Origin: Escherichia coli
GTDB taxonomy: Bacteria > Pseudomonadota > Gammaproteobacteria > Enterobacterales > Enterobacteriaceae
DNA: 64,000 nucleotides
Assembly: GCF_013315695.1 (NCBI RefSeq)
Contig: NZ_CP054353.1
Strand: one strand, 5' to 3'
Made by a program: the position numbers and the translations under genes. This document shows positions 63,831 to 64,000 of this stretch, in pieces. Within the stretch, counting starts at the first letter, position 1; every line of letters starts with the position of its first letter. Under the pieces are notes generated by a model. It did no database searches, was not told the origin of the DNA, and saw only the letters and a program-made list of their open reading frames with translations.

Positions 63831-64000
63831 TTCTTTCTCCTTTTTCAAAGCATAGCGGATTGTTTTCAAAAGGTGGTGTAAATTTATTTATACATAAACA
63901 AGGGTTAAAAGCGCGAATAAATTGTTTGTGTAAAGAAAAATGTACGAAATATGGATTGAAAACTTTACTTTATGTGTTATCGTTACGTCATCCTCGCTGA

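Overview
E. coli-type chromosome segment centred on the ssrA (tmRNA) integration hotspot. Left to right: (i) the 3' part of an autotransporter adhesin gene; (ii) a ~11 kb P4-like satellite element (alpha primase/helicase, crr and ori iteron clusters with TGTTCACC octamers, AlpA/Vis, sid-delta-psu, cos site, P4-type integrase) whose psu/cos-to-int cargo slot holds an AT-rich NACHT/STAND NTPase; (iii) a ~35 kb P2/186-like prophage bounded by 45-bp direct repeats of the ssrA 3' end (13430-13474 and 48642-48686), with a full lysogeny/replication/morphogenesis gene set, a LexA-box-controlled tum/dinI-like module, a cos site, a degenerate Pin-type invertible tail-fibre segment, and several AT-rich cargo genes; (iv) core backbone: ssrA, smpB, ratA, ratB, bamE, recN with LexA boxes, nadK, grpE, yfjD, ypjD, ffh, rpsP, rimM, trmD, rplS, yfiB, yfiN, yfiR, yfiL. 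The best candidates for an undescribed system are the cargo modules: a small 4-TM protein plus a TM-anchored TIR-like protein (23904-24923), a 71-aa plus 280-aa membrane protein pair (22520-23577), a ParA-like ATPase with an unknown C-terminal domain (47270-48346), a membrane protein between attL and int (13590-14240) and the NACHT NTPase (10075-12033). All calls rest on reading the sequence and the ORF translations; no database search was run.
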